DNA from: Candidatus Bathyarchaeia archaeon
GTDB lineage: Archaea; Thermoproteota; Bathyarchaeia; TCS64
DNA: 64,000 nucleotides
Direction of reading: 5' to 3'
NCBI GenBank assembly: GCA_050014495.1
Contig: JBEKDF010000002.1
Coordinates: forward strand, 64,001 to 128,000
Part shown: in pieces, positions 50,214 to 59,893 of the stretch
Position numbering within the stretch: position 1 is the stretch's first letter
Layout of the letters: each line of letters opens with the position of its first letter
Translations under genes and position numbers: made by a program
The notes under the pieces: generated by a model
What the model saw: only the letters and a program-made list of their open reading frames with translations
The model's database searches: none
What the model was told of the DNA's origin: nothing

Positions 50214-51653
50214 CTACACTTGGGCTCTGTCGGCCGCGACCTTTGCTGTCTCCAGTGGAGGAACACAATCCACTGGAATGGGGGTCTTATAGATCCTACC
50301 CTTGAGGCGATCTGTGTACTCGGCTTTAGCCTTCTTGAGGAGTTCTGGCTGGGTGATGAGGTCGAGGGCGGTGCCAGCGATAGTCTTAGCCGCGAATACT
50401 AGACTCTTATGGGCTACTGTGCTTCCACTCATGGCTACGAACTGCCAACTGTGACCTGGGGCGCCTAGGACATTTAATGTTGTGCCAAACTCGACGGTTG
50501 GGCATTTCCAGCTGACATCGCCGACGTCGCTGCTCCCAGCCATGACCTCTCCCTCGCCTGTTGGGTCGAGGATGTCAGTTAGAAGGTCGATGTCGACGTA
50601 CTTCTCCCAGCCGGGTATCTTGGATTTGCGCAGGCTGTCTACCTTCTGCTCCTTTGGGGTACTCTTAGCAATCTCTGCAGCGAATTCTAACTCCTTCTCG
50701 CTGTAAGTTGGTGAACCGACTTCACGCATGTTCTTGACGACCGTTTCAGCGACCACCTTGTTGGGGATAATATTGTAGAGGCCGTCGATGAACTCGACTT
50801 TGAGCGTTGTCTCTGTCATGAGGGCTGCGCCTTCGGCGATTTTGAGGATTCTGGAGTAGATTGGTTCTAGTTGGTCGCGTTCGGGTGCGCGTATGTAGTA
50901 CCAGCTTCGAGCATAGTCTGGGACGACGTTGGGTTGTCCTCCTCCGGCCTCGATGATGTAGTGGAACCTAGCCTCCTGAATCACGTGTTCGCGGAGGTAG
51001 TTTACTCCGATGTTCATGAGTTCTATGGCGTCGAGGGCGCTTCTTCCCTGCTCTGGGTTTGCGGCAGCGTGGCTCGTTTTCCCGTAGTAGTGGAACTTGA
51101 CGCCGTTAACTGCGGTGCTACTGGTCAAGCGTGCTGTGTTCATGCTGCCGGGGTGATGGCTGAGGCAGGCATCCACATCGTCGTAGTGGCCTTCCTTTAC
51201 CATGAAGACCTTGCCCGCGTAGTTCTCCTCGGCGGGGGTTCCGAAGAACTTGATACGCGCATTGATGTTGTCAGCTTCTAACTCGTAGCGTAAGGCTATG
51301 GCACCAGCCATGCCACTGACGCCATGAACATTGTGACCACAGCCGTGGCCAGCGTGGCCAGGTGTGAGTGGCTCCTTCTGTGTGGTTACCTTCTGACTTA
51401 TGCCGGGCAGGGCGTCGAATTCACCCTGTATACCTATGCATGTTTGGCCCTTGCCGTATTCGGCGACGAATGCGGTTGGCATGCCTGCAACGCCGCGTTT
51501 GACTTTGAAGGCGTTTTTCTCGAGCTCGTCTGCTATTAGCTTAGATGATCTGGTCTCCCAGAGACCGAGTTCAGCGTAGCCCCAGATCTTGTCGCTCATC
51601 TCGGCAAGGTGCTCTCTATTTTCGTCTATCCACTTCCATGCAGTCTGTTTCAT
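50214..51653 (-). CDS. M20 amidohydrolase, AbgB-like (close paralog of 47937-49385)
   Basis: Same motifs; long identical peptides such as NGVKFHYYGKTSHAA and GGGQPNVVPDYARSWYYIRAP. Confidence 0.92.
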   Translation of the reverse strand: MKQTAWKWIDENREHLAEMSDKIWGYAELGLWETRSSKLIADELEKNAFKVKRGVAGMPTAFVAEYGKGQTCIGIQGEFDALPGISQKVTTQKEPLTPGHAGHGCGHNVHGVSGMAGAIALRYELEADNINARIKFFGTPAEENYAGKVFMVKEGHYDDVDACLSHHPGSMNTARLTSSTAVNGVKFHYYGKTSHAAANPEQGRSALDAIELMNIGVNYLREHVIQEARFHYIIEAGGGQPNVVPDYARSWYYIRAPERDQLEPIYSRILKIAEGAALMTETTLKVEFIDGLYNIIPNKVVAETVVKNMREVGSPTYSEKELEFAAEIAKSTPKEQKVDSLRKSKIPGWEKYVDIDLLTDILDPTGEGEVMAGSSDVGDVSWKCPTVEFGTTLNVLGAPGHSWQFVAMSGSTVAHKSLVFAAKTIAGTALDLITQPELLKKAKAEYTDRLKGRIYKTPIPVDCVPPLETAKVAADRAQV

Positions 51654-51745
51654 GGTTACAATTGATATGATATTGTTGGTTAAGTTTTGGGTGGACGAGA
51701 CTATAGAGGAACTGCTTTAGTGGGAGAAAAATGCCCCTTTTGGAA

Positions 51746-51970
51746 TCACTGGCTGGAGTGTTTTGTCCACTTCTCGTAGTGTTTACGTATAACTTCCATG
51801 ACCTTTTCGGTCTCTTCCTTAGTGTGGACCTTTTGGAATGTGATGCTGTGTTCCCAAGATTTTGTCTTCGGATCCACCTTGTTGATCTTGAAGTAGACCT
51901 GTATGCCTAGTTTTCTGAGTTCTGCTACTATCTCAGTCTCTTGCTGCTTTACCTCTCCGGGCAGTGACGT
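51746..51970 (-). CDS. Hypothetical 74-aa protein with ACG (or CTG) start; not in ORF track
   Basis: AGGTGA SD 6 nt before ACG; open frame SLPGEVKQQETEIVAELRKLGIQVYFKINKVD...KWTKHSSQ. Confidence 0.5.
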   Translation of the reverse strand, partial: TSLPGEVKQQETEIVAELRKLGIQVYFKINKVDPKTKSWEHSITFQKVHTKEETEKVMEVIRKHYEKWTKHSSQ

Positions 51971-52019
51971 TTTGCTTCACCTGTGTGTATTGAGTGGCTG
52001 AGGTGTTATTAATGGTGGT

Positions 52020-52154
52020 CTATTTCTTGTGTTTGTAGCCCGCCGGTAGTGTGACCGCTTTCCGTTCCTTGGTGGCCTTCTTCTTGGCTCTGACTAGTTC
52101 GTTGTGTTTCTTGACGCCTTCGATCTTCTCTGCTTTGCTCTTGCTTGTTGGCAC
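52020..52154 (-). CDS. Small basic 44-aa protein; not in ORF track
   Basis: GTG start after AGGTGG; MPTSKSKAEKIEGVKKHNELVRAKKKATKERKAVTLPAGYKHKK. Confidence 0.5.
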   Translation of the reverse strand: MPTSKSKAEKIEGVKKHNELVRAKKKATKERKAVTLPAGYKHKK

Positions 52155-52314
52155 GTTGAGAACTTCCACCTAACATGTGATGTTGGTGCGCCTTATAGCT
52201 ATGTATTTTTAATAAAAATATTCGTCACGCGCAAATGGGGCCATAGTCTTATCCCCAAAACCCAACTGCTTATACTTACTACGTACTAACCCTAACATTC
52301 CCTACTCCCACACG

Positions 52315-52731
52315 CTATTCAGAAATCAGAATGTTATTTTCTTTAGCTAACCGATAAGCGTCGACTATAATTTCTTCAGGGGGCATTCCAGCGAGATTTG
52401 CTAAAAAACCCAAATTCACTGCATTTGTGCGACTATCTTTTAGATCCTTAAATATTTTCTCTAATAAGGTGGTCTTACTTTCATAGTTCCAAAGAGCGTA
52501 TTTTCCGTCGATTATCTTTATAACATTCTCATCTAATAATGTTGGCTCATCACGAGAGAATGTTGAGGGGCTAATGCTAGCTTCCTTAATTAGTTGATTC
52601 TTTTCTAATGGCTGTTCCTTGATTAGCGCTACTATAATAGCTGCATCGGAGCTTAAGCCGTGTTTTTGACTGATTCTCTTCCGAGGATCCTTATGTTTCA
52701 TTTTTGCAAACTCACTATAACGTCTTTGCAT
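52315..52731 (-). CDS. Winged-HTH hypothetical protein in AT-rich island
   Basis: LEKNQLIKEASISPSTFSR...LLDENVI. Confidence 0.6.
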   Translation of the reverse strand: MQRRYSEFAKMKHKDPRKRISQKHGLSSDAAIIVALIKEQPLEKNQLIKEASISPSTFSRDEPTLLDENVIKIIDGKYALWNYESKTTLLEKIFKDLKDSRTNAVNLGFLANLAGMPPEEIIVDAYRLAKENNILISE

Positions 52732-52783
52732 TTTTGCATAATAAATGTTTTTTGAAATTTTAACTTCATATTAGGTGAAGAAA

Positions 52784-53221
52784 ATGTCTAGAAAACGTAC
52801 ACAAAAAAGTATAGGACTAGATGAACTTCCCCAAAAAGTACGAAGCTGTCTCATCAAGTTGATGACCGAGTTTCATATCGATGATGTCGAGGAAGCACTG
52901 GTGAAGATGGCTGCGCTCGCTGATAGTAACAGTCACGAGTTTTGGAGTATGGTGGGGGATCAGGGTGAGATGAAATATAAGTCTCGACACTTTAAGGAAA
53001 TGAATCGAACAGTGGCTACCATTAAGAAGACCGCTGAGGAAAAGACTAAAACGGAATATGAAAGGGGATGGGGTGTCGCCTATCAGAGCTATGCAATAAT
53101 GTACCCATGTAGTATCTGTGGGGGCATGATTCCCCTTACACCCAACAGCGAGGCGCATAAGGCAATCGTTAACTATCTTCAAGAGAAGGGTTGGGCACAT
53201 TTTGAGTGTATGAACAGGTAG
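52784..53221 (+). CDS. Hypothetical protein with C-terminal CxxC...HxxC zinc site
   Basis: AGGTGA SD; YPCSICG...GWAHFEC. Confidence 0.65.
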   Translation: MSRKRTQKSIGLDELPQKVRSCLIKLMTEFHIDDVEEALVKMAALADSNSHEFWSMVGDQGEMKYKSRHFKEMNRTVATIKKTAEEKTKTEYERGWGVAYQSYAIMYPCSICGGMIPLTPNSEAHKAIVNYLQEKGWAHFECMNR

Positions 53222-53874
53222 TATCGATAGAGTTATGGAGATCTGACAATTATGCTTCGAGGGTCTTAAGATAAAACAACGAATTATCCACGGTCTTATG
53301 TCGGTGAAGTCACGGGGTTTATAGGTGGTAATAATGAGATTTATTGATGGGATTACGGAGGAGAAATAGGCATCTTCGATTTTTTCAGTTAATGAGTCTT
53401 CCTGACATCTCTATGAATGGCTATAGTATTTCTGGAGAAGTAGAATGTTTAAGACAGGAGTGTGGATGTTTGTGTTCGTACAATCGCGCGTGTAATCTAT
53501 TGTATAGCGTCTCGCGTGCGCCGATGTGTGTGGGGCGCATGGGATTTTGAGTTCATTTATTTGTGGTTTTCTGCTTGCGTGACTTGGGCTTGTCGCGATG
53601 TTCATTTTGGCAGTCTGTTCATTTTGGACAACTATGATGCTATAGTGTGTTCATCATGATGCGTAGTTGGAGTTTTGGAGTTATTGGTTGTCTCTAGTGT
53701 TTTTTTTATTGGGCTTAATTTTCACCTGTTTTTTTTTGATTTTTGTTTGCAGAATCGCAAAAGATGCTCTCTTAGCTTTTTCTCCACCTTAGTTTTTGTC
53801 TCTGGTTAGGTTTCCTTCGTAACAAGTTTTTTGAGGAAGGTGTGTGTGCGCGCAGTTTACCTTAGTGGAAGTGT

Positions 53875-54765
53875 CTAGAAGATCCTGACCCCGCTGCGCC
53901 TAGCATCTTTGAGCTCCTCCTCATCCCAGCCCCCAAATATAGACGCGGCTAACTTGAGGTAACCAATCTTGTTAGGGTCTTTTCCCTCGAGGGTCGCTAC
54001 GAAGGCGTCCAGCCTCACCGAGTCCTCGCATCCGAGGAGTAGCCCCTGGTTCTTCGCAGTGTTCGGCTTGATCGCCTCCTCCGCGGTTTTCCCGATGGAG
54101 GCCGTCAGCACTCCGTCCACCATTCCCTTCACGTCGAAGATGGAGTGGTACACCTTGTTGATGTCAATGATGCACTGATCCAGCTTACAATCAAGCTCTC
54201 CGTGATACTTGCTTCGCCCTGGCCCAGGTATCATACCGAACAGGTTCTTCAGTGTGAGGCTTAACACGATGGGCTCGTGGTTCAGCCTGTACTTGGCTAG
54301 GCTCAGGAAGGTGCCTCCCCTCATCTCGAAGAGGCACGTTGGGACCTGCGCGTACATCTCATCGAAGAGTACCGGTGGGTATTTGTCCGCCATCTTTTTG
54401 ATCACCCCCGGCTCCACGACGCGTTTCGCCCAAACCTCCTCAGTCACGTTCAGATACTCCACATCGTGCTTCTTCAGCACGTCGCCGACACCCGAGTACT
54501 TGAGGAACCACTCGTCACTCTTCTTCAGGTCACTCCTCTTCTGGGATCCAATTCCCTTCCCATTCAGAGCGTCCTCCGTCCTCGCCCACCCGTAGCTCTC
54601 AACGACCAGCGCCTCCCCGCCGATCTCAGACAGCACGCCGTCTAGCACAGCCGCTTCCGTGAAGTTGTTGATGGTCCCCCAATTCGGTTTGATGATAACG
54701 GGTGGCCTCAGATTCAGCTCAGAGACAATGTTATGGTATATCGAAGGATCCGTTGACTGCTCCAT
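53875..54765 (-). CDS. DUF362 family protein
   Basis: IIKPNW, VVES, SLTLKNLFGMIP, VDG. Confidence 0.8.
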   Translation of the reverse strand: MEQSTDPSIYHNIVSELNLRPPVIIKPNWGTINNFTEAAVLDGVLSEIGGEALVVESYGWARTEDALNGKGIGSQKRSDLKKSDEWFLKYSGVGDVLKKHDVEYLNVTEEVWAKRVVEPGVIKKMADKYPPVLFDEMYAQVPTCLFEMRGGTFLSLAKYRLNHEPIVLSLTLKNLFGMIPGPGRSKYHGELDCKLDQCIIDINKVYHSIFDVKGMVDGVLTASIGKTAEEAIKPNTAKNQGLLLGCEDSVRLDAFVATLEGKDPNKIGYLKLAASIFGGWDEEELKDARRSGVRIF

Positions 54766-54824
54766 AATGACTTTACCATATCTCAACAACTCTTCCCCCG
54801 AAAATAGGATCTCAGGTTAGGGGA

Positions 54825-55991
54825 CTACGCGAAGACTTCCTCAAACCTCTTCACGAGCTCCTTCTCCTGGCCGGGTAGCAGCATCAGAGTGTTGACTATG
54901 AAGTTGTTGCTGTCCCCCCAATAGCGGACCCAGACCTCCGGGTCTCCCTCCCTAAGCTTCTTCACGATCACCCCAACCTCGTCGATCCCCTTGTCGAGGA
55001 AGTGCACATCGAGGCCCAGGGTGTTGTACGCTGTCCCTGTACCGCTCTTGGGAATGAAGTTGATACGCGCCTCCTTGAGGCCGGGGAGCTTCCTGATCCT
55101 CTTCTCGATGTAGCGAGCCCTCTCCCACGCCGGTGCTATCCTCTCCGCCTCGTGGTCGAGCGCCATCCACCTCTTGAATGCCACAACTAGTCCAACTATC
55201 TCCTGCCGGTCGAGTTTGTAACCCCGACCGATGCCGCGCCACTTCCCCGGCGTCTCATCCGGCCCTGACTCTACCCCGATGAAGCTATGTAGAGCCATCG
55301 CCTCCATGAGGTCCCTCCGCCCGATGGCGAAGCCGGTGCTATTCGGCCCATGCACGTACTTCCCACCGAAGGCAATAATATCCGCCTTCATGTCCGTGAA
55401 CATCTTGAAGTTGCTAGTCGGATAAGTCATGCCCGCCGCGTCGACGATGACTGGCACACCATGATTATGAGCCATCTTGAGCAGATCCTTCAACTGGGGC
55501 ACCCCCCTCTTCGGCACTATTGGGTAAGCGTAGTGGATCGCCGCAGTCCTATCCGTTATCGCGGCCTCGAACTCATCCACACCACAGCCCCAGTTCTCGT
55601 CCCCAACGAAGACGAACTTGCCGCCTGCCACCTCCATGGCGCGGTCATAGACGTAGAGCCTATTGTTTCTCCCGATGATGAACTCATTCCTCATCCCCGT
55701 CGAGTCGGGGAGGCGCCTCATCTTCTCGGGGTCCTTCCCAGCCATGCATGCGGCAGCGCCTAGGACGAGGGCCGCGAATCCCCCGCTAGTTATCCAGGCG
55801 GCTTCCGCGCCAGTCCCCTTAGCAATGATTGCGCTCCCCTTCTCAAGCAGCTCCCACATGTTACAGTAGCTCTCATTCGCCCTATCCATCGCCTCTTGCA
55901 CCTCCCTTGGTACGGTGCTACCACCCAATCGAGTAAGGGCGAAAGCCGCATTCACCACTCTCTTGCAACCAAGCTCAGAATAAACACTCAT
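54825..55991 (-). CDS. SelA/DgaE-like PLP-dependent enzyme
   Basis: VVNA...TRLGGS, VIVDAA, FGGKYVHGP.STG, GIGRGYK. Confidence 0.85.
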   Translation of the reverse strand: MSVYSELGCKRVVNAAFALTRLGGSTVPREVQEAMDRANESYCNMWELLEKGSAIIAKGTGAEAAWITSGGFAALVLGAAACMAGKDPEKMRRLPDSTGMRNEFIIGRNNRLYVYDRAMEVAGGKFVFVGDENWGCGVDEFEAAITDRTAAIHYAYPIVPKRGVPQLKDLLKMAHNHGVPVIVDAAGMTYPTSNFKMFTDMKADIIAFGGKYVHGPNSTGFAIGRRDLMEAMALHSFIGVESGPDETPGKWRGIGRGYKLDRQEIVGLVVAFKRWMALDHEAERIAPAWERARYIEKRIRKLPGLKEARINFIPKSGTGTAYNTLGLDVHFLDKGIDEVGVIVKKLREGDPEVWVRYWGDSNNFIVNTLMLLPGQEKELVKRFEEVFA

Positions 55992-56033
55992 GGAAGGGAA
56001 GAAAGCCACGACGCGATAAAACAGTTTGCAGAA

Positions 56034-56501
56034 TCAGCGGTACTCCTCGATCCCCCGCTCCCTGCGGAGAAAGTCGCCCAGATCGAAGACATTCTTGAGC
56101 ATCATCTTCTCGTCACTAATCTCAATCTTCCCATAGCCGAGGCAGTCCCCCCCGAGCATCACGAGGAAACATGCACCCTCAACGAAATCGCCCTCAGACT
56201 TTAGTATGCTCTCTGCGAAGACGTCTCTTCCACAGGCGAAGAGCCACCCAACCCGCTCATCCACCCACACCTTGTTGGGTCCCTCCAACCTACCCAGCTC
56301 ACGGAGCAGTATGGCGCTTGGAATGAAATCCCCTCTGGTTCTCCCGAGGAGTTTCCCAGCGTAGACCATCCTACCCCTGTCAAAGATCTCTGCTGCGACA
56401 TCCGACCCCGCGGCGAAGCGCCTATCGTTGAGGTTTACACGCGCCCCAGCGGGCTCGTAGACGGCACCAATAGCCACTAGGAAATCCTTGAGTTCCCTCA
56501 T
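56034..56501 (-). CDS. Nip7-like/PUA-domain protein
   Basis: YAGKLLG, KVWV, LFACGRDVF, LGYG, DLGDFLRRE; overlaps the m5C methyltransferase gene. Confidence 0.7.
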   Translation of the reverse strand: MRELKDFLVAIGAVYEPAGARVNLNDRRFAAGSDVAAEIFDRGRMVYAGKLLGRTRGDFIPSAILLRELGRLEGPNKVWVDERVGWLFACGRDVFAESILKSEGDFVEGACFLVMLGGDCLGYGKIEISDEKMMLKNVFDLGDFLRRERGIEEYR

Positions 56502-57382
56502 GGCTTCACCACCTTCGCGACGAAGAATCCCTGAGTCCCAGTCTCATCTGGCCAGAACCTCCTGCACCTCGCCAACTCTGAGCTCAGGCTCCTGCCCAGA
56601 ACCTCCGTCAACGCGTGGCTACCTGGTCCTACTACCTCCTCCAGCATGATGTCATGATTATCCATGAGCCACTGCACGTTTAGCTCATCCTCCTCAGGCT
56701 CGAGGCTACACGTGGTGTAGACGAGAGTTCCCCCATGCCTGAGCTGCCCCACAGCGGCCCCTAGTAGCCTCCTCTGCTCCGCCGCGTTACCCTCAACATC
56801 TCCTATGCTACGTTTGCTGAACCAAGATCTATCTGTCACGTAATTCCCGGAGCAGGGTGCGTCGAGTAGAATCTTGTCGAAGAGGGTGCCCCCGTAGTCG
56901 AGCCCCACCGCATCGGCATGGTATGCGACGCAGTTCTCCACCCCTGTACGCTCAAGGTTGTTCTCCAGGGCGTATAGGCGGTCCCTGCGTACATCGACGG
57001 CGACTATGGCTCCCCTGTTCTCCATCCACGCTGCCATCTGCGTCGTCTTACCCCCTGGGGCTGCACACATGTCTAGCACCACCTCTCCTTCACCAGGCCT
57101 GAGCACCTCCACGGGGAACTGAGCCGCCGCCTCCTGGATCGAGTATAGGCCTAGGAGGTACTCGAAGCTCGCGCCGAAGCTCGCCTCACCCCCCTCGACA
57201 TAGAATCCATTCCTCAGCCACGGTATACCTGTAAGCCTCGCCCCCCGCGCCTCGAGTCTACCCACGACCTCCTCCCTACCAGATAGGAGAGTGTTGACCC
57301 TTATCGCCCTCTTCGTCCTCTCGTCGCCCCTAAGCTCATGTCCCATCGCGCTGTAGCGTTCGAGGAAGAAGCCGGCGCCCAT
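56498..57382 (-). CDS. RsmB/Nop2-family RNA m5C methyltransferase
   Basis: DMCAAPGGKT, DAPCSG, YTTCS. Confidence 0.93.
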   Translation of the reverse strand: MGAGFFLERYSAMGHELRGDERTKRAIRVNTLLSGREEVVGRLEARGARLTGIPWLRNGFYVEGGEASFGASFEYLLGLYSIQEAAAQFPVEVLRPGEGEVVLDMCAAPGGKTTQMAAWMENRGAIVAVDVRRDRLYALENNLERTGVENCVAYHADAVGLDYGGTLFDKILLDAPCSGNYVTDRSWFSKRSIGDVEGNAAEQRRLLGAAVGQLRHGGTLVYTTCSLEPEEDELNVQWLMDNHDIMLEEVVGPGSHALTEVLGRSLSSELARCRRFWPDETGTQGFFVAKVVKP

Positions 57383-57474
57383 GGGACGCTTCTACTCAGG
57401 AAGCGATTTAACCATTCCCACGGACCTACCCAGGTTTATAGCCTCGACGCAGACTCATTTTCAAGGTGAGCTAA

Positions 57475-58512
57475 TTGGCTAGACCTAGGGCAAGGGAATT
57501 TGGCATCCAGCTGGGCTCGATGGAGGCTGGTAAGCTGAACACTATCACAGATGTCGAAGGCGTCGGAGTCGGTCACTCAACCCTCATCGAGGGTGACTCA
57601 ATCAGGACCGGCGTCACCGCCATAACACCCCACTCTGGGGACCTCACCGAGGATAAGGTCGTAGCCGCCGTCGACCTATTCAATGCTTACGGGAAATCCA
57701 CCGGCCTACCCCAGATAATCTACGAGGGAGTCCTTGAAACACCAATAATGCTCACTGAGACCCTGAACACGTGGAGGGTCGCTGATGCAGTAATCGACTA
57801 CCACCGAGACAAGATGGGACTCGAACTCGGCTCTCTAAACGTCGTCGTTGGGGAGACGAACGGTGGCTACCTCACCGACAACCTCGGCAGGCAAGTAGGC
57901 GTAGAGAATGTTTTCGCAGCCCTTGATCTTGCCAGAAGCTACAAGGGCAGAAGTAAGGTTCCCGAGGGCAACGTCGGTGGGGGCACCCCGATGACCGGCT
58001 ATGGCTTCAAGGGAGGTATAGGCACCGCCAGCCGACTCAGCGACGGCTTCACAGTCGGAGTACTCGTCCAGCTCAACTGCGGCAGCAAGGAGGACCTCAC
58101 CATCGCCGGTGTCCCCGTCGGAAGTGAGGTCAAACTGCCGAGCAAGCCAGTTGCAAGCCCAGGAAACAGCATAATGATGATAGTCGCGACAGACCTCGCC
58201 CTGGATTCGAGGCAGCTCTGGAAGGTAGCGAAGAGGGCAGCCCTCGGCCTGGCACGCACCGGCACCTACAGTGGCAATGGAAGCGGCGACTTCACAATAG
58301 CTTTCACCACTGGGAAGATGCCTCCCACTGTCCACGGGGACGAGTCACTAAACCCCGTTTACAAGGCAACTGTGGAGGCGACGGAGGAGGCGGTCGTCAA
58401 CGCCCTATTCGCAGCGGAGACCATGACTGGCTACAAAGGCCATATGAGGTACGCCCTCCCCCTCGACCAGGTCAGGGAGATATTCGCCCATTACGGGCGT
58501 GACCTACCCTAG
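57475..58512 (+). CDS. DmpA-like P1 aminopeptidase
   Basis: NTITDV.GV.VGH, GFKGGIGTASR, GNSI, GSGDF, EATEEA. Confidence 0.92.
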   Translation: MARPRAREFGIQLGSMEAGKLNTITDVEGVGVGHSTLIEGDSIRTGVTAITPHSGDLTEDKVVAAVDLFNAYGKSTGLPQIIYEGVLETPIMLTETLNTWRVADAVIDYHRDKMGLELGSLNVVVGETNGGYLTDNLGRQVGVENVFAALDLARSYKGRSKVPEGNVGGGTPMTGYGFKGGIGTASRLSDGFTVGVLVQLNCGSKEDLTIAGVPVGSEVKLPSKPVASPGNSIMMIVATDLALDSRQLWKVAKRAALGLARTGTYSGNGSGDFTIAFTTGKMPPTVHGDESLNPVYKATVEATEEAVVNALFAAETMTGYKGHMRYALPLDQVREIFAHYGRDLP

Positions 58513-58561
58513 CTGGTAAACGTTAAACCCCCTCGAGCGCCAAATATCTCGGTGCATCTTC

Positions 58562-59893
58562 TTGCCTAGCCTCCAAGGTCCAAAAATAGTCGCGGGACCA
58601 CCAGGCCCACGAGTCACCAAGCTCCTCACCGACTCTGGCTTGGACCCATCCTCTTACTCGAGCCCCATAGTCGACGAGGCGAGGGGCATCTACGTCAAGG
58701 ACCTCGACGGGAACATCTTCTTAGACCTCATCTCGGGGCGCTGCGTCGCCAACACTGGCTACAACCATCCCAGGGTCGTTGAGGCTGTGAAGGCACAAGT
58801 CGAAAGGAGCATTCACTGGCAGACTGAACAGTCCTACACACTCATCTCTAGACTCGAGGCGATGTTAGCCTCGGGACCGAAGCAGGTCTACTGGAGCCAA
58901 TCAGGGAGCCTCGCCAACGACCACGCAATCAAGGCCGTTCGAAGAGCCACGGGGAGGCCACTGATCCTGAGCTTCACGGGGAGCTACCACGGGAGCAGCA
59001 TGGGAGCCATCAGCCTCAGCGGCTACGACCCAAGCATGAAGAGGCACTACGGTCCCCTCCTCCCTGGCATCATCCACGTCCCATACGCCTCATGCTACAG
59101 GTGTCCCCTGAAGATGAAGCACCCCGATTGTAGTCTCGCATGCCTCAGCTACATAGAGGACGTAGCCTTCAAGAGCTACATACCCTCAGACGAAGTCGCG
59201 GCCATCTTCGTTGAGCCAGTCCAGGGGGACGCCGGATGGCATGTCCCCCCACCTGGGTGGCACGATGGATTAAAGAGACTCTGCGAAAGGCATGGTATCC
59301 TCCACGTGGCGGATGAGGTTCAGACTGGCTTTGGAAGAACGGGGACATGGCTAGGGATGGACCACTGGGGCGTCAAACCCGACGTCGTGATACTTGGGAA
59401 GGCGATGGGGAGCGGCGTTCCAATCAGCGCAGTCGTCCTCGGCAGGGACTTACTCGAGTCGACAGACCCCGAGCCAATCCCCATACACGCCCAGAGCTTC
59501 AGCGCCACACCCCTCGGCACCGCCGCGGCACACGCCACAATGGATGTAATCCGTGACGAGAAACTCTGTGAAAACTCGGAGAAGATTGGGGTATACATGA
59601 GAAAGAGACTAATCGAGCTCATGGATGAGCACCCGAGCATCGGCGACGTAAGGGGAATAGGCCTGCTGATAGGCATAGAGATAGTCAAAGACAGGGAGAA
59701 AAAAATCCCAGACCCCGGAACCGCCAACGCGATCTGCTCGGAGGCATTCAAGAGGGGCGTATACACACTCAACATGGGTAGCTACGGTGGCAGAGCCATC
59801 CGAGTCGCCCCACCCCTAATAATCGACGAGGCACAGGCTGACACCGCCATAGATCTACTCGAGGAATCCATAGGAAAGGCGGAGACTGGTTAG
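58562..59893 (+). CDS. Class III PLP aminotransferase
   Basis: GSYHG, EPVQG, DEVQTGFGRTG, GKA. Confidence 0.92.
   Translation: MPSLQGPKIVAGPPGPRVTKLLTDSGLDPSSYSSPIVDEARGIYVKDLDGNIFLDLISGRCVANTGYNHPRVVEAVKAQVERSIHWQTEQSYTLISRLEAMLASGPKQVYWSQSGSLANDHAIKAVRRATGRPLILSFTGSYHGSSMGAISLSGYDPSMKRHYGPLLPGIIHVPYASCYRCPLKMKHPDCSLACLSYIEDVAFKSYIPSDEVAAIFVEPVQGDAGWHVPPPGWHDGLKRLCERHGILHVADEVQTGFGRTGTWLGMDHWGVKPDVVILGKAMGSGVPISAVVLGRDLLESTDPEPIPIHAQSFSATPLGTAAAHATMDVIRDEKLCENSEKIGVYMRKRLIELMDEHPSIGDVRGIGLLIGIEIVKDREKKIPDPGTANAICSEAFKRGVYTLNMGSYGGRAIRVAPPLIIDEAQADTAIDLLEESIGKAETG

Noticed and set aside
53344..53659. Short ORFs in the TG-rich stretch
   Set aside because: Three overlapping frames, biased composition, no SD or recognisable motifs.
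54825..55991. Selenocysteine synthase
   Set aside because: Archaea use SepSecS; motifs fit the DgaE-like subgroup; no tRNA-Sec or sel genes nearby.
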